The notes below the pieces were generated by a model that was not told the origin of the DNA, ran no database searches, and saw nothing but the letters and a program-made list of their open reading frames with translations. Source: a virus (Duplodnaviria > Caudoviricetes). Taken from it: a stretch of DNA of 58,452 nucleotides. A program made the translations under genes and the position numbers. This document shows positions 9,958-20,090 of the stretch, piece by piece (the first letter of the stretch is position 1; each line of letters opens with the position of its first letter). The stretch is taken from the IMG/VR virus record IMGVR_UViG_3300024430_000001, positions 1 through 58,452 of that record; one strand, 5' to 3'.

Positions 9958-10440
9958 GTGGCGGACATCCCCGTCGATGGAAAGACCCGCGTGGCCTACG
10001 TGCCAACGATCGCCAGCAAGAGCGCCCCGACGGTGGCGGAGCTGAACGCCGGCATCCTGCTGCAATCGACCATGACGGCTGACGGACTGGTGGGGTTCGA
10101 GGCGACCACGGCAGACGTAGACACGACCTCACTGGCCAGCGAGTTCGACACGGTCACCGTGGGTCGAGATTCGTTCTCGAACACCATGGTGCGGCTCAAA
10201 AAGCAGACCGGCACGGACACCATCTACGACACCCTGACCAAGGGTACGGCCGGCTACATCGTGGTCCGGCGCTATGTCGCCCAGGCGACCGCATGGGCCG
10301 CCGACCAGAAGGTCAACGTGTACCCGATCATCTGCGGGCGCGAGCGTGAGCTGCCGCCAGAGGCGAACACGGTCGCGCGGTACGAGGTGCCGACAAAGAT
10401 CAACGACGAGCCGGTGCTCCGCGCCACCGTCGCCGCCTGA
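9958..10440 (+). CDS. Major tail protein
   Basis: DGKTRVAYVPTIA..APTVAELNAG and GYIVVRR...VYPI.CG motifs. Confidence 0.88.
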   Translation: MADIPVDGKTRVAYVPTIASKSAPTVAELNAGILLQSTMTADGLVGFEATTADVDTTSLASEFDTVTVGRDSFSNTMVRLKKQTGTDTIYDTLTKGTAGYIVVRRYVAQATAWAADQKVNVYPIICGRERELPPEANTVARYEVPTKINDEPVLRATVAA

Positions 10441-10518
10441 TTCCTGAGCCGAGAGCACGGACCACCAGCCCGGTCCGTGCTCTCGCCCACTTCACGGGCT
10501 GGACTCGAAGGGCTGGAC

Positions 10519-11082
10519 ATGAGCACCAAAAACGGCAAAGGAAAGCCGGACATCAAGAAGATGCTCCGCCAGGCGAAGCTACCCGAGACAACCGTCCCCG
10601 TCTGTCTGCGAGGCGACTTGCAGGCAGAATTCGAACGGCTTGACCGGGCGCTGAGCTCAGACGAGCAGCAGCGTGACGACTCGCTTGCAGGTGACGGTGG
10701 CCGGGCGGTCGCCGAGCAGATCGAGGCGTTGCGTGCGGAGATGCGCGGCCACACCGTCGACTTCCGCCTGCGCGCGATGAAGCGCCCCGACTGGCGCGAG
10801 CTGATGAACGCCCACCCTCCGCGGCGCGCCGAAGACGGCAGCGTCGACGACCGCGACAAGTTCGTCGGCGTCAACGTGGAGACGTTCTTCGCCGCCATGG
10901 TCCGGGCCTGCGTAGTCGAGCCCGAACTTGATGAGGAGGATTGGACGCTTCTGCTTGACGAGGCGCTGACCGATAGGCAGTTCAACGAGCTGTCCGATGC
11001 CGCTTGGATGCTCAACCGCGGACAGGTAAAGATCCCTTTCTCGCCCGCCGCCTCGAAGATCCTGCGCTCCGACAGCGAGTAG
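10519..11082 (+). CDS. Tail assembly chaperone (short form)
   Basis: FRLRAM..W..L..AHPPR, GVNVETF, LN...IPF motifs; follows major tail gene. Confidence 0.85.
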   Translation: MSTKNGKGKPDIKKMLRQAKLPETTVPVCLRGDLQAEFERLDRALSSDEQQRDDSLAGDGGRAVAEQIEALRAEMRGHTVDFRLRAMKRPDWRELMNAHPPRRAEDGSVDDRDKFVGVNVETFFAAMVRACVVEPELDEEDWTLLLDEALTDRQFNELSDAAWMLNRGQVKIPFSPAASKILRSDSE

Positions 11083-11441
11083 AGGCGGCGGAGCGCTTGG
11101 GCATCTCGCTACGCCGCTTTGACGGCTGGGAGCCTGCGGAGGAGACGACGTACGAGTACGACGGCGACGGCCGGCTGGTCCGTTCGGTCACCACCCGCGA
11201 GACGGAGTGGACCGAGGAAGAACAGGACTGGATGCTCGCCCTGTCCGAATACCGGGCATCGCTGTGCCCCTGCGGGTGCGGGCATCCGCTGCGGGAGACG
11301 GCCGCACAAGAGGGCACCCACGAGTGGACTGTGCCGCCTCCGGTGCGGTGCTTGGCTCGGGATGCTCTGTCGATAGCCCAGAACACGGCTCAGCGGGACC
11401 GACCGGAGGCACTGCTCTGGCGGGTGGAGCGGCGACGCTAG
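11034..11441 (+). CDS. Tail assembly chaperone, -1 frameshift extension
   Basis: Slippery heptamer C-CCT-TTC at 11034-11040 in the correct phase; the -1 frame is open to 11441 and carries GWEP and CPCGCG motifs. Confidence 0.82.
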   Translation, partial: PFLARRLEDPALRQRVEAAERLGISLRRFDGWEPAEETTYEYDGDGRLVRSVTTRETEWTEEEQDWMLALSEYRASLCPCGCGHPLRETAAQEGTHEWTVPPPVRCLARDALSIAQNTAQRDRPEALLWRVERRR

Positions 11442-11761
11442 CGGGCCAGGAACCAGATCGTGACCAGCGCCACGGCTATGGCTCCGCCAGCGAGCCACGG
11501 CGCGAGTCGCGGCCACAGCGGCTTATCCAGGTATTCGTCGGGCATGAGCACTTGCGGGTGTCCCTGGTAGTACTCCACTCGGCCGCCCGGTGGCACTTCG
11601 ACCGCGATGGTTGGACGGGTCAGCACGGAAATAAGGGCGTGGAAGCCGTAGGCAATCAGCCACAGTCCGCCGGTCAGGATCGACAGCAAGATGTGGGCGG
11701 CATGCCACCAGCGACCCATGCTGCCCGATTTCAGCATCAACACCGTCGGCTCAGTCTGCAC
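11438..11761 (-). CDS. Membrane protein on the opposite strand (moron-like)
   Basis: HILLSILTGGLWLIAY hydrophobic segment plus C-terminal TM; minus-strand TACAGT -10 just upstream of a leaderless GTG. Confidence 0.7.
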   Translation of the reverse strand: MQTEPTVLMLKSGSMGRWWHAAHILLSILTGGLWLIAYGFHALISVLTRPTIAVEVPPGGRVEYYQGHPQVLMPDEYLDKPLWPRLAPWLAGGAIAVALVTIWFLAR

Positions 11762-11830
11762 TCCGGCACTGTATAGCTATCGGTCACTGCCCGGCGTCAT
11801 CCGATCATCCGACCGGGCCGGGGGTGAGCG

Positions 11831-14542
11831 GTGGCGCTACGGACCGTCGGCATCCGGCTTATGGCCGAAGTCTCCGCCTACACGGCAGGCTTGGGCAGAG
11901 CGTCTGCGGCGACCAGATCGTTCACGCAGGATCTGGACGCCGCAGCCCGCGCCGGACAGCTGGATGCGGTCGCCGACCAAGCGGGACGCATGGGATTGGC
12001 GCTGGCGGGCGGATTCCTGCTGGTGGAGCAGGCAGCAGCGCGATTCGAGCAGCAAATGTCCAGGGTGGATGCTGTCACCGATACGACAGCCCAGGGCATG
12101 CGGGACCTGGCGGACGCTGCGATCCAGGCGGGCAAGGACACCAGCTTTTCGGCGATCGAGGCGGCAAGGGCTGAGGAGGAGCTGGCGAAGGCCGGCATCG
12201 CGGTCTCCGACATTCTCGGCGGCGCCCTCAAGGGCTCCCTGGCTCTGGCCGCAGCCGGTTCGCTCGATCTCGCTGAGGCTGCGGATATCGCGGCCAAGAC
12301 CATGAATATCTTCAAGCTGCGCGGCAGCGACGTCGGCCACATCGCCGACGTCCTCGCGGCGGCGGCGAACAAGAGTGCCACCGACGTGCACGAGATGGGC
12401 GAAGCCCTGCGCATGGGCGGTCTCGCCGCCAACGCGGCTGGTATGAGCTTGGAGGAGACGGTCGGCACGCTGGCCGCGTTCGCCGACCGGGCGCTGATCG
12501 GCTCGGACGCCGGCACCTCGCTGAAGACCATGCTGCTGATGTTGCAAGCGCCGACCGACAAATCGGCAGCCCTCATGAAGCAGCTCGGTATCGACGTTTA
12601 TGACCTGCAAGGAAACTTCATCGGCACAACAAAGCTCGCGACCGAGCTGCGCGAAGCTTTGGGCCACATGACACAGGAGCAGCGCAACGCTGCCCTGGCG
12701 CAGATTTTCGGCGCCGACGCCGTGCGCGCGGCGAACGTGCTATACGAGATCGGCGAGCGCGGCGTCCGAGACTACACGGATGCGGTCAACGACCAGGGCG
12801 CAGCTGCCGACACCGCGCGCCAGAAGACCGACAACCTGATCGGCGATATCGAGCGGCTGACGGGCGAGCTGGAGGCGCTGGCAATCCAGTCGGGCTCTGG
12901 CGCAAATGAAGGGCTGCGGGTCCTGGTCCAGATGGCCGAAATGCTTGCGGCCGGATTCGGCGCGCTCCCCGCACCGCTGAGCGGGACAGCCGTCGTCCTG
13001 GCAGCCGTGGCGGGCGCCGGCCTGCTGGCGTTCTCCGCGTTCGTCAGGATGCGCTCCGGTGCAGCCAACGCGGTTTCCGAACTGCGGGCCATGGGGCCGG
13101 CTGGCGAACGCGCGGCGGCCGGATTGGACCGGGCCGGAAAGCACGCATCGAAGGCGGCGCTCGGCTTCGCCGCGCTCATGGTTGCCCAGGCCGCGCTGTC
13201 GTCGTTTGACGAACCGGCCGCAGAGGTGGACCGGCTCACCAAGTCGCTGGAGGAATTGGGCAAGACCGGTGCCCGCACGGGCGAACTCCGCAGGATCGCC
13301 GGTGGTGATCTGCATGCTTTCGCCCGCGACCTCGAGCGTGACGGCTATGCCGTGTCAAGCTTCGCCCGGTCGTTCGAGTCGACGATTCCGGTGTTTCGGC
13401 AGGTCGAAGAACTGCTCATCGGCGCGTCGTTCAGTCGCGCGTCCGAGAATATCCGCGCGATGGATCAGGCCATAGTCGGCTTGGTCCAGCAGGGCAAGCT
13501 GGATGAAGCCCGCATCGCGATGACGAGGTTGGCGCAGGAATCAGGACTATCCTGGGACGAATTTTCCAAGCGGCTACCCGCAGCGACGCAGGCGATTGCC
13601 GATGCCGAGAAGTCGGCATCGGGTATGGCACAAGCCGAGGCCCGCGCCGCAAAGAATGCCGAGCTGATGGCCGAAGGCATGCTCTCAGCCGAAGCGGCGG
13701 GCAAGAAGATTCTAGAGATCTTCGAGTCGCTCAATGGTGCGGCCCACGAGTGGGCCGAGGCGGAAATAAATGTCGAGGATGCTCTCGACAAGCTGACCGA
13801 CGGGTTCAGGGAAAACGGCCGGACGCTAGACGTCAATACGGATAAGGGCCGCGAGAACAAAGAGAACCTGCTGGCAATGGCCAAGGCCGCCGTTGAGGCA
13901 TATCAGGCGCGCTACAACGAAACCGGCTCCATCGCACAGGCATCGGCGGCATACGAGCAGTACATCGCTCGGCTCCGCGTAGCGCTGATTCAGCAGGGCC
14001 TCACTAAGCAGCAGGCTCAAGAGCTGATCGACACCTACGCGCGGATGCCGTCTCAGGTAGCAACGACGGTGCAAGCCAACGGCTTGGGGAACGTGATTGG
14101 CCAAATGCGCACCCTTCTCGGCCTGCTCGGCCGGCTGGTGCCCTTCGGCGGCGCGCTGTCCATCGCAGGCTGGGCACTGTCCCGCCGTTGGGGTGGCATC
14201 ACCGAGCATGCCGAAACCGGACTGCTCAGAGACGCTGCCGTCTACAGCCCGCAGGGCCCCGCACGGTATGCGTTCGCCGAGCCCGCGACGGGTGGTGAAG
14301 CGTTCATCCCCAAGCACGGCGACCCGTCTCGGTCGCTGGGGATCCTCAATCGTGCGGCTGGATGGTACGGCCACACGCTGATGCCAGCGGGCGGGATGGC
14401 TGGCGGAGGCGTCGGCGCGATCACGCTGACCGTGCGCGTGGACGGCCGGGTTCAAGTGCAGGGCACGGGGGTGCTGTCGGGGCTGCGGGACGAGATCGAA
14501 CTCCGCGGCGGCGACGTCCAGAAAGTCCTGGGGAGGCGATGA
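11831..14542 (+). CDS. Tape measure protein
   Basis: 903 aa Ala-rich; TP901-type core FSAIEAA...EELAKAG, GSDAGTSLKTML. Confidence 0.95.
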   Translation: MALRTVGIRLMAEVSAYTAGLGRASAATRSFTQDLDAAARAGQLDAVADQAGRMGLALAGGFLLVEQAAARFEQQMSRVDAVTDTTAQGMRDLADAAIQAGKDTSFSAIEAARAEEELAKAGIAVSDILGGALKGSLALAAAGSLDLAEAADIAAKTMNIFKLRGSDVGHIADVLAAAANKSATDVHEMGEALRMGGLAANAAGMSLEETVGTLAAFADRALIGSDAGTSLKTMLLMLQAPTDKSAALMKQLGIDVYDLQGNFIGTTKLATELREALGHMTQEQRNAALAQIFGADAVRAANVLYEIGERGVRDYTDAVNDQGAAADTARQKTDNLIGDIERLTGELEALAIQSGSGANEGLRVLVQMAEMLAAGFGALPAPLSGTAVVLAAVAGAGLLAFSAFVRMRSGAANAVSELRAMGPAGERAAAGLDRAGKHASKAALGFAALMVAQAALSSFDEPAAEVDRLTKSLEELGKTGARTGELRRIAGGDLHAFARDLERDGYAVSSFARSFESTIPVFRQVEELLIGASFSRASENIRAMDQAIVGLVQQGKLDEARIAMTRLAQESGLSWDEFSKRLPAATQAIADAEKSASGMAQAEARAAKNAELMAEGMLSAEAAGKKILEIFESLNGAAHEWAEAEINVEDALDKLTDGFRENGRTLDVNTDKGRENKENLLAMAKAAVEAYQARYNETGSIAQASAAYEQYIARLRVALIQQGLTKQQAQELIDTYARMPSQVATTVQANGLGNVIGQMRTLLGLLGRLVPFGGALSIAGWALSRRWGGITEHAETGLLRDAAVYSPQGPARYAFAEPATGGEAFIPKHGDPSRSLGILNRAAGWYGHTLMPAGGMAGGGVGAITLTVRVDGRVQVQGTGVLSGLRDEIELRGGDVQKVLGRR

Positions 14543-17370
14543 GGTGCTGGGCCTGCTTGGTCGTAATCCTGCTGTGGGGGTTGGTGGCAGTCGTGCCGTA
14601 TGACCCCGCTGAGCCTCTGGTGTTCCGGGTCGAGCTGGAAATCGACGGCGTGATGGTGGATGTCACCGCGCGGGCCCGCGCGGTGGACAAGGTGCGACTG
14701 TCGGTGGGGCGGTCGCCGGGGGCGATCCAGCCGGAGACCTCAACGCTTGACGTGACGTTAGGCAATGCGGACGGCTGGCTGACCGAGGGTAATCCTCTGT
14801 CGCCATGGTACTCGCACATCGGCCGCGGCGTCCGCCTGCGACTGTCGGTGTTGGACATTCTGCCGGACCCGGCAGTGCTGTTCGACGGCCGGATCGTTTC
14901 GCTGGTCGCCGACTATCCGCAGGGTAGCGACTCGCGGATGCGGTTGACCGCGATCGGACTGTGGGGGCAAATCGGCCTAGGTGACGATCCGCTGCGGTCT
15001 GCCCTGTACCGATCCATGTCCGGCATCGCGCCAGGCGATTACATCCCACTCGAGTACTGGCCGATGGAAGACGGATCGGATGCCTCACGGTTTTCCAGCG
15101 CTCTTCCCGACGGCATGAGCGTCTTCCCGACCGGGGTGACGTTCGCGGCAGACAGCACACTGATAAGTTCCAGCCCCCTGCCCACGTTCAGCGCCACAGG
15201 CTCGGCTGCCTTCCCGGTCCGGGCCTACACCTTCACGGGCAGCTGGTGGGTGCAGGTGGCGCTGAAAATCCCCACAGCTCCCACGTTCCCGGCTGTACCG
15301 GGCACCGACACTGAGCTGATCGACGTGTTCACCACCGGAGGCGCTGTCGCCCGATGGCGCGTTTTCCTCAACACGTTCGATACAAGCCTTGCGGCACTTA
15401 AGGTCTGGGGCTACAACAGCGCCGGGGTGCTAATTGAGACCATGCAAGGAAGCCTGGGATCTGGGGGAACGCTCCCCGCGCCGTCCGAACTGTGGGGACA
15501 GTGGGCGATGCTCTCCTTGGGGGAAAACGACTATGGGCCGGCGGTCGGGGAACACAGCGTGTACGTCGGCTTGGCTACTGAGGCAACCCACAACATCATC
15601 GGCGGCCCAGACTTCGTCGGCCGCGGCGGCTCGATTTCCTCGGTGCGGGTCAACGGCAATCCCCGACTGCCCAGCTATGGGCACCTGGGCATATGGGTCG
15701 ATCCGGCATTTACCGACGAAGAGGCAGTGCACAACATCCTGGCGCTGAAAGCCTGGGATGGAGAGCAGGCACACGAGCGGGCGGAGCGGCTGTGTCGCGA
15801 GCAGGGCCTGGCCATCAGTATTACTGGCTCGACATCGACCCTGATGGGGCCACAGCGGCCCGCCACGCTGCCTGTACTGCTCGCCGAGTGCGAACTTGCC
15901 GATCAGGGGCTGGCGGGCGATGGCGGCATCGATGGTGCGCTCACCTATGTCACCCGTACCGCGCTTTACCGGCTGGAGCCGGAAGCCACCATCGCGGCGG
16001 TGTCCGGGGATGATCTGCCCACGACGTGGGACTACCGTCATGTGCGAAATCTCGTCGTTTCATCACGCCCTGGCGGTGGGAGCGCTACCGCCCAGGATGA
16101 CGAGCATATTGCCCGCACTGGTGCGACGCTGCGCGACACACCCATAGTGAACGTTGCGACCGACGATCAGCTGCCAGGCGACGCACAGTGGCGGCTCCAC
16201 AAGGGACTCGCACCCGAGCCACGCTACCCCGCAGTGCCGATCAATATGCGCAACCGGGCAGCGGCGGCCCAGGCTGAGCAGGTGCTCACCATCCGGCCCG
16301 GCGCGCGGCTGATGATCCCCGAGTCGGCGCTGCCCGGCACCCACCCCCCGGGCGGCATCGACGGGCTAATCGTGGGCTGGACCGCATCCATGGACGCACG
16401 CGAGTGGCTATGGAGACCCCACGTCGTGCCCTATTCGACGTATCGCGATATCGGAGTGTATGGCGCGGCATCTGCGGTCTCCCGGTACGACTCCGCGCAC
16501 TCCACGCTTGTGTCCGGAGTGGACGCCGATGACACCACGTTGCTGGTTCACGCCGCATTGGATCACGCGCTGTGGGTTACCGGCTCCAGCGCGCCGACGT
16601 TTCCGCTCGACGCGAGTTGTTCCGGCATTCGCTTGCCCGTGTCCGCGATTGCTTCTGCCGCAACGGACACTTTCACCCGGTCGGTCACCAACGGTTGGGG
16701 CACATCGGATTCTGGCCACGCATACGCCTTCACTGGCGGTACGATCCCAGACGACTACGACGTCAATGGGTCGGCCGGCACGATGACGCTGACCACGGCC
16801 AACGTCTCACGCCGGGCGGTACTCGACACCGGCTCGGCCAATCACTATCTCAGGGCGCGGGTCACCGTGCCGGTCCTGCCCACCGGCGCGGGCATCAATG
16901 TGAGCTTGGTGCTGCGATTCGCCGATATGTCCAATCACTACGTTGCTGGGTTGCGCATCGAGACCACGGGCGCCGTGACGCTGCTCGTGGAGCGCGTCGT
17001 CAGCGGGGTGTTCACCACGCTCACGTCGGCCACCATCGCCGGCTGGACGCACGTCGCTGGCGCGAGCTACCACCTGGCCGCCGAGATCTCGGGCACGACG
17101 CTGCGCGCCACCGCATGGAGACCGACGGACGCCGAGCCCGGATGGCGGTACACGACCACGGACAGCTCACTGTCTGGTCACACCTCGGCCGGGGTGCGCG
17201 CGAGCCGGGTCACCGGCAACACCAACACCGACCCGGTGATCAGCTGGGATGACCTGTCTGTCCCCAATCCGCAGCGGTTCACGGTGACCCGGCTCGCGGA
17301 TGGCATCGACAAGCCTCTGCCTGCCGGGGGACAGGTGCGGCTGTGGCGTCCCGACCGATACGCGCTGTGA
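14539..17370 (+). CDS. Large minor tail / baseplate protein with lectin-like (LamG-like) domains
   Basis: YWPMEDG motif, RAERLCREQG, DTFTRSVTNGWG domain, LPAGGQVRLWRP end; start uncertain (14539 ATG or 14584 GTG). Confidence 0.8.
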   Translation: MRCWACLVVILLWGLVAVVPYDPAEPLVFRVELEIDGVMVDVTARARAVDKVRLSVGRSPGAIQPETSTLDVTLGNADGWLTEGNPLSPWYSHIGRGVRLRLSVLDILPDPAVLFDGRIVSLVADYPQGSDSRMRLTAIGLWGQIGLGDDPLRSALYRSMSGIAPGDYIPLEYWPMEDGSDASRFSSALPDGMSVFPTGVTFAADSTLISSSPLPTFSATGSAAFPVRAYTFTGSWWVQVALKIPTAPTFPAVPGTDTELIDVFTTGGAVARWRVFLNTFDTSLAALKVWGYNSAGVLIETMQGSLGSGGTLPAPSELWGQWAMLSLGENDYGPAVGEHSVYVGLATEATHNIIGGPDFVGRGGSISSVRVNGNPRLPSYGHLGIWVDPAFTDEEAVHNILALKAWDGEQAHERAERLCREQGLAISITGSTSTLMGPQRPATLPVLLAECELADQGLAGDGGIDGALTYVTRTALYRLEPEATIAAVSGDDLPTTWDYRHVRNLVVSSRPGGGSATAQDDEHIARTGATLRDTPIVNVATDDQLPGDAQWRLHKGLAPEPRYPAVPINMRNRAAAAQAEQVLTIRPGARLMIPESALPGTHPPGGIDGLIVGWTASMDAREWLWRPHVVPYSTYRDIGVYGAASAVSRYDSAHSTLVSGVDADDTTLLVHAALDHALWVTGSSAPTFPLDASCSGIRLPVSAIASAATDTFTRSVTNGWGTSDSGHAYAFTGGTIPDDYDVNGSAGTMTLTTANVSRRAVLDTGSANHYLRARVTVPVLPTGAGINVSLVLRFADMSNHYVAGLRIETTGAVTLLVERVVSGVFTTLTSATIAGWTHVAGASYHLAAEISGTTLRATAWRPTDAEPGWRYTTTDSSLSGHTSAGVRASRVTGNTNTDPVISWDDLSVPNPQRFTVTRLADGIDKPLPAGGQVRLWRPDRYAL

Positions 17371-17380
17371 AAGGAATGCG

Positions 17381-17839
17381 ATGAGCACGGTGCCGACGGT
17401 GGCCGCAGGTCAGATCATCTTGGCCGACGACCACAACTCTCACCTTCTGGCCTGGACGGCGTACACCCCCACGTGGGCTTCTTCGGCAGGCAGTGTGGCG
17501 ATAGGCAACGGCACATTGTCCGGCCGGTACCGCAAGGTCGGTAAGACGGTGGATTTCGTCGTGGCACTCACGGCGGGCTCCACTACGACCTATGGCACGG
17601 CGGGGGCGTTCTGGTCGTTCGGGCTTCCGCCGATCGGTGTCCCGACAATGCCTTTCGTGTTCCCGCTGCGCATGATTGACACCCTGACTCTGGAGTATGA
17701 GGGATTCGCTATAGCGGCAGCTGGCGGCAGCACTGTCGAGCTATTCAAGCCCGTGTCCGGCCGCATCCTCAACAACTCGCCGTTCGCCTTTGGCAACACG
17801 GACGCTCTGTCTTTCAACGGCACCTACGAGATCTCTTAG
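17381..17839 (+). CDS. Minor tail / tail fibre protein
   Basis: WTAYTPTW...IGNGTLSGRYRKVGKTV...GTYE fibre-tip motif. Confidence 0.75.
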   Translation: MSTVPTVAAGQIILADDHNSHLLAWTAYTPTWASSAGSVAIGNGTLSGRYRKVGKTVDFVVALTAGSTTTYGTAGAFWSFGLPPIGVPTMPFVFPLRMIDTLTLEYEGFAIAAAGGSTVELFKPVSGRILNNSPFAFGNTDALSFNGTYEIS

Positions 17840-17846
17840 GAGAAAA

Positions 17847-18110
17847 ATGCCTTACGGCACAATGGAATTGATGAACGGCGGCGGCGCCGCCTACATTTTC
17901 GAAGCCCAGCGGGTGGTGGGCTCCGGGACGGTGGCCTTCAACTTCCGGATCTCCACGACCTACGGCTACGCGTCCGAGGCCGACTGGGACGACGTCATGC
18001 AGGAGGTCATGGACTACTTCGCTGCCAACTTCATCAACGTGGTGGGTCGCAAACAGCATCCTGGCAGCGGCGATGCGGGCGCCCAGGCCACTATCACCCC
18101 GACACCGTAG
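17847..18110 (+). CDS. Hypothetical protein (possible fibre chaperone)
   Basis: AGGAG RBS and ATG right after the fibre gene. Confidence 0.6.
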   Translation: MPYGTMELMNGGGAAYIFEAQRVVGSGTVAFNFRISTTYGYASEADWDDVMQEVMDYFAANFINVVGRKQHPGSGDAGAQATITPTP

Positions 18111-18143
18111 GGGCTTCCCCAACCCGCCTACCCGAGAGGAGGC

Positions 18144-19118
18144 GTGATGCGTCTGCTCTGGCTCGCTGACGTGCTCCGCGCCGCGGGACTCACTGTGCAC
18201 GAGGTGTCCGGCTGGAAAACTCGAGGCTCGGATACCTATGGTCCTGTCCGTGGCATCACCTGCCACGAAACGCAGGGCAGCCTGCGGTCCACGGATGCCG
18301 GTGAAATCGGCGTCCTGCTGAACGGGTCGGCGACCGCGAATCCGCCGATCGCGCAGCTGTACCTGTCCAGGTCCGGTGCGTGGCATGTGGTGGCGTCGGG
18401 CACCTGCTACCACAACAAAACCGGCTGGGCCGGCCCGAACAAGGGCTACGGCAACGATGCGCTGCTCGGTATCGAAGCCCAGCATGCCAAAGGCGAGCCG
18501 TGGACTGCGCTTCAGTACGAGTCGTATGTGCGCGGCGTGGCCGCGCTGGTCGCCCACAAGGCGTCTGGCTACGACGTGGCGGTGTCACGTGTCGGTGGCC
18601 ATTTCGAGCATCAGCCGGGCGAGAAGTCCGATCCCGGCTTCGACATGAACGTGTTCCGTCGGCGAGTGGCGGATGTCCTAAGTGGAGACGACATGGCTGT
18701 CAATCAGCAAGATTTCGACGCACTGATCTGGCGCCTCGAAGCGCTGATCAACAATCGGCCTACCGTGATAGGTGGCCCCCTCAAGGGCGAGAGGAACGTG
18801 CTGGCGGCCACTTTGGGTGATGTGCAGGCCCGTATCGCCGCCGAGCAGGCCCGCGATGCCGCGCTGTCGGCCACCGTCGAAGCGCTGGCCGAGATGGTCC
18901 GCCAGGGCGGCGGAGACGTGGACGCTGCGGCGATCCTGTCCCGCATCGACGACCGGGTGACCGAGGTCAAAGCGCAAATCACCGAGGTGCACCAAGACGA
19001 GATGGCCCGGCTCGCGGAGGTTATGCAGCAGGCGCTGCGGGACAGGGACGCCCGGATCGCCTCGCTGGAGACCGAGCTGGACGGGCTGCGCGGCGGCGAC
19101 GCGGCGCCGCAGGGGTAG
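18144..19118 (+). CDS. Endolysin, N-acetylmuramoyl-L-alanine amidase (Amidase_2)
   Basis: WLADVLRAAGL, CHET, GIEA, GHFEH...KSDPG zinc-amidase motifs; coiled-coil C-terminus. Confidence 0.9.
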   Translation: MMRLLWLADVLRAAGLTVHEVSGWKTRGSDTYGPVRGITCHETQGSLRSTDAGEIGVLLNGSATANPPIAQLYLSRSGAWHVVASGTCYHNKTGWAGPNKGYGNDALLGIEAQHAKGEPWTALQYESYVRGVAALVAHKASGYDVAVSRVGGHFEHQPGEKSDPGFDMNVFRRRVADVLSGDDMAVNQQDFDALIWRLEALINNRPTVIGGPLKGERNVLAATLGDVQARIAAEQARDAALSATVEALAEMVRQGGGDVDAAAILSRIDDRVTEVKAQITEVHQDEMARLAEVMQQALRDRDARIASLETELDGLRGGDAAPQG

Positions 19119-19122
19119 TGAC

Positions 19123-19386
19123 GTGTGGCCGGAGTTGGAGCCGTTCGCTGGCCCGGTCGGGATTGGCACGGTGGTTCTCGCTGCGATCTGGATGGTGCTG
19201 ACCGGCCGGCTCATCCCCGCCCGGACCCACGAGCGGGAGATCGCCGCGAAGCAGGCAGAGATCGACCGCCTGTCGGCGGCGCTGGAGAAGGTCGAAGCGC
19301 AGCGCGACAAGCTCATGGGTCTCGCGGGCGAGGTGACAGTCGGCATCGTCCGGGCCATTCCGTCGGCACGGGACTCGGTGCCATGA
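19123..19386 (+). CDS. Lysis-cassette membrane protein
   Basis: TM segment followed by LTGRLIP and coiled coil; directly after the lysin. Confidence 0.7.
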   Translation: MWPELEPFAGPVGIGTVVLAAIWMVLTGRLIPARTHEREIAAKQAEIDRLSAALEKVEAQRDKLMGLAGEVTVGIVRAIPSARDSVP

Positions 19387-19571
19387 GGTGGCCGTGGTCG
19401 CGCCGACGTAAGGCGGAGGAAGCAGAGGCGCTTCGGGCGGCACAGGAACGCCTGGATGACGCGAAGCGCAAGGACGCCGAGGTGAACTCGCTGGCTGACC
19501 AACTGCGGCAGATCCGAGACGCGAACCATTTCGCCGAGATGCTGGCGGCGAGTTTCAGGGACCGGAGATGA
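19383..19571 (+). CDS. Small lysis-cassette protein
   Basis: MRWPW... coiled coil ending NHFAE; ATGA overlap on both sides. Confidence 0.65.
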   Translation: MRWPWSRRRKAEEAEALRAAQERLDDAKRKDAEVNSLADQLRQIRDANHFAEMLAASFRDRR

Positions 19572-19852
19572 GGATCTTCTCAACCATGCTGCTGGCTATG
19601 GCCTTTCTGGGCGGGCTGACGTTCGTCGTCTTCTATGCGACGACGGCACGCTGGTGGCGATCGGACGTAGGCCGTAACGCGATGATTTTCGCCGGCTGCG
19701 AGACGATCATCTTGGGGTTGTCGCTGACGGTGCGGATATTCGGCGACTTCCCTGGTCGGGAGCTGGTTGCCATGACCATGTTTGCGCTATTCACGGTGGC
19801 GATCTGGTGGCGGGTGGTGGCGTTGATCCGCGCCCAGCGCCGAAAGGACTAG
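19568..19852 (+). CDS. Putative holin (3 TM)
   Basis: Three hydrophobic segments with a WWRS..GR motif. Confidence 0.65.
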   Translation: MRIFSTMLLAMAFLGGLTFVVFYATTARWWRSDVGRNAMIFAGCETIILGLSLTVRIFGDFPGRELVAMTMFALFTVAIWWRVVALIRAQRRKD

Positions 19853-20090
19853 CTTTCGCCGCCGCCATGCCTGACCTGGGGAGATCAAGGGGCGGGGGGG
19901 TGCCGACCGTGGCTGTGCACTGGCGTGTGGGTGCTGGCTATGCCTGTGGTGTCGGCTGCCGCTGGGAGTCGCAGACGGTCACCTCCACCCGTAGCCGGGC
20001 TGGGGTGACCTGCCGAGGGTGCATGCGCACCCGCGTGTGGGCGCAGGCCCATGACTGATTCTTTCCTTCAATCCCTCGAGGAGGGCCATT

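Noticed and set aside
14362-14538. N-terminal extension of the 1002-aa tail ORF
   Set aside because: Overlaps the tape measure gene in another frame; the real start is near 14539-14584
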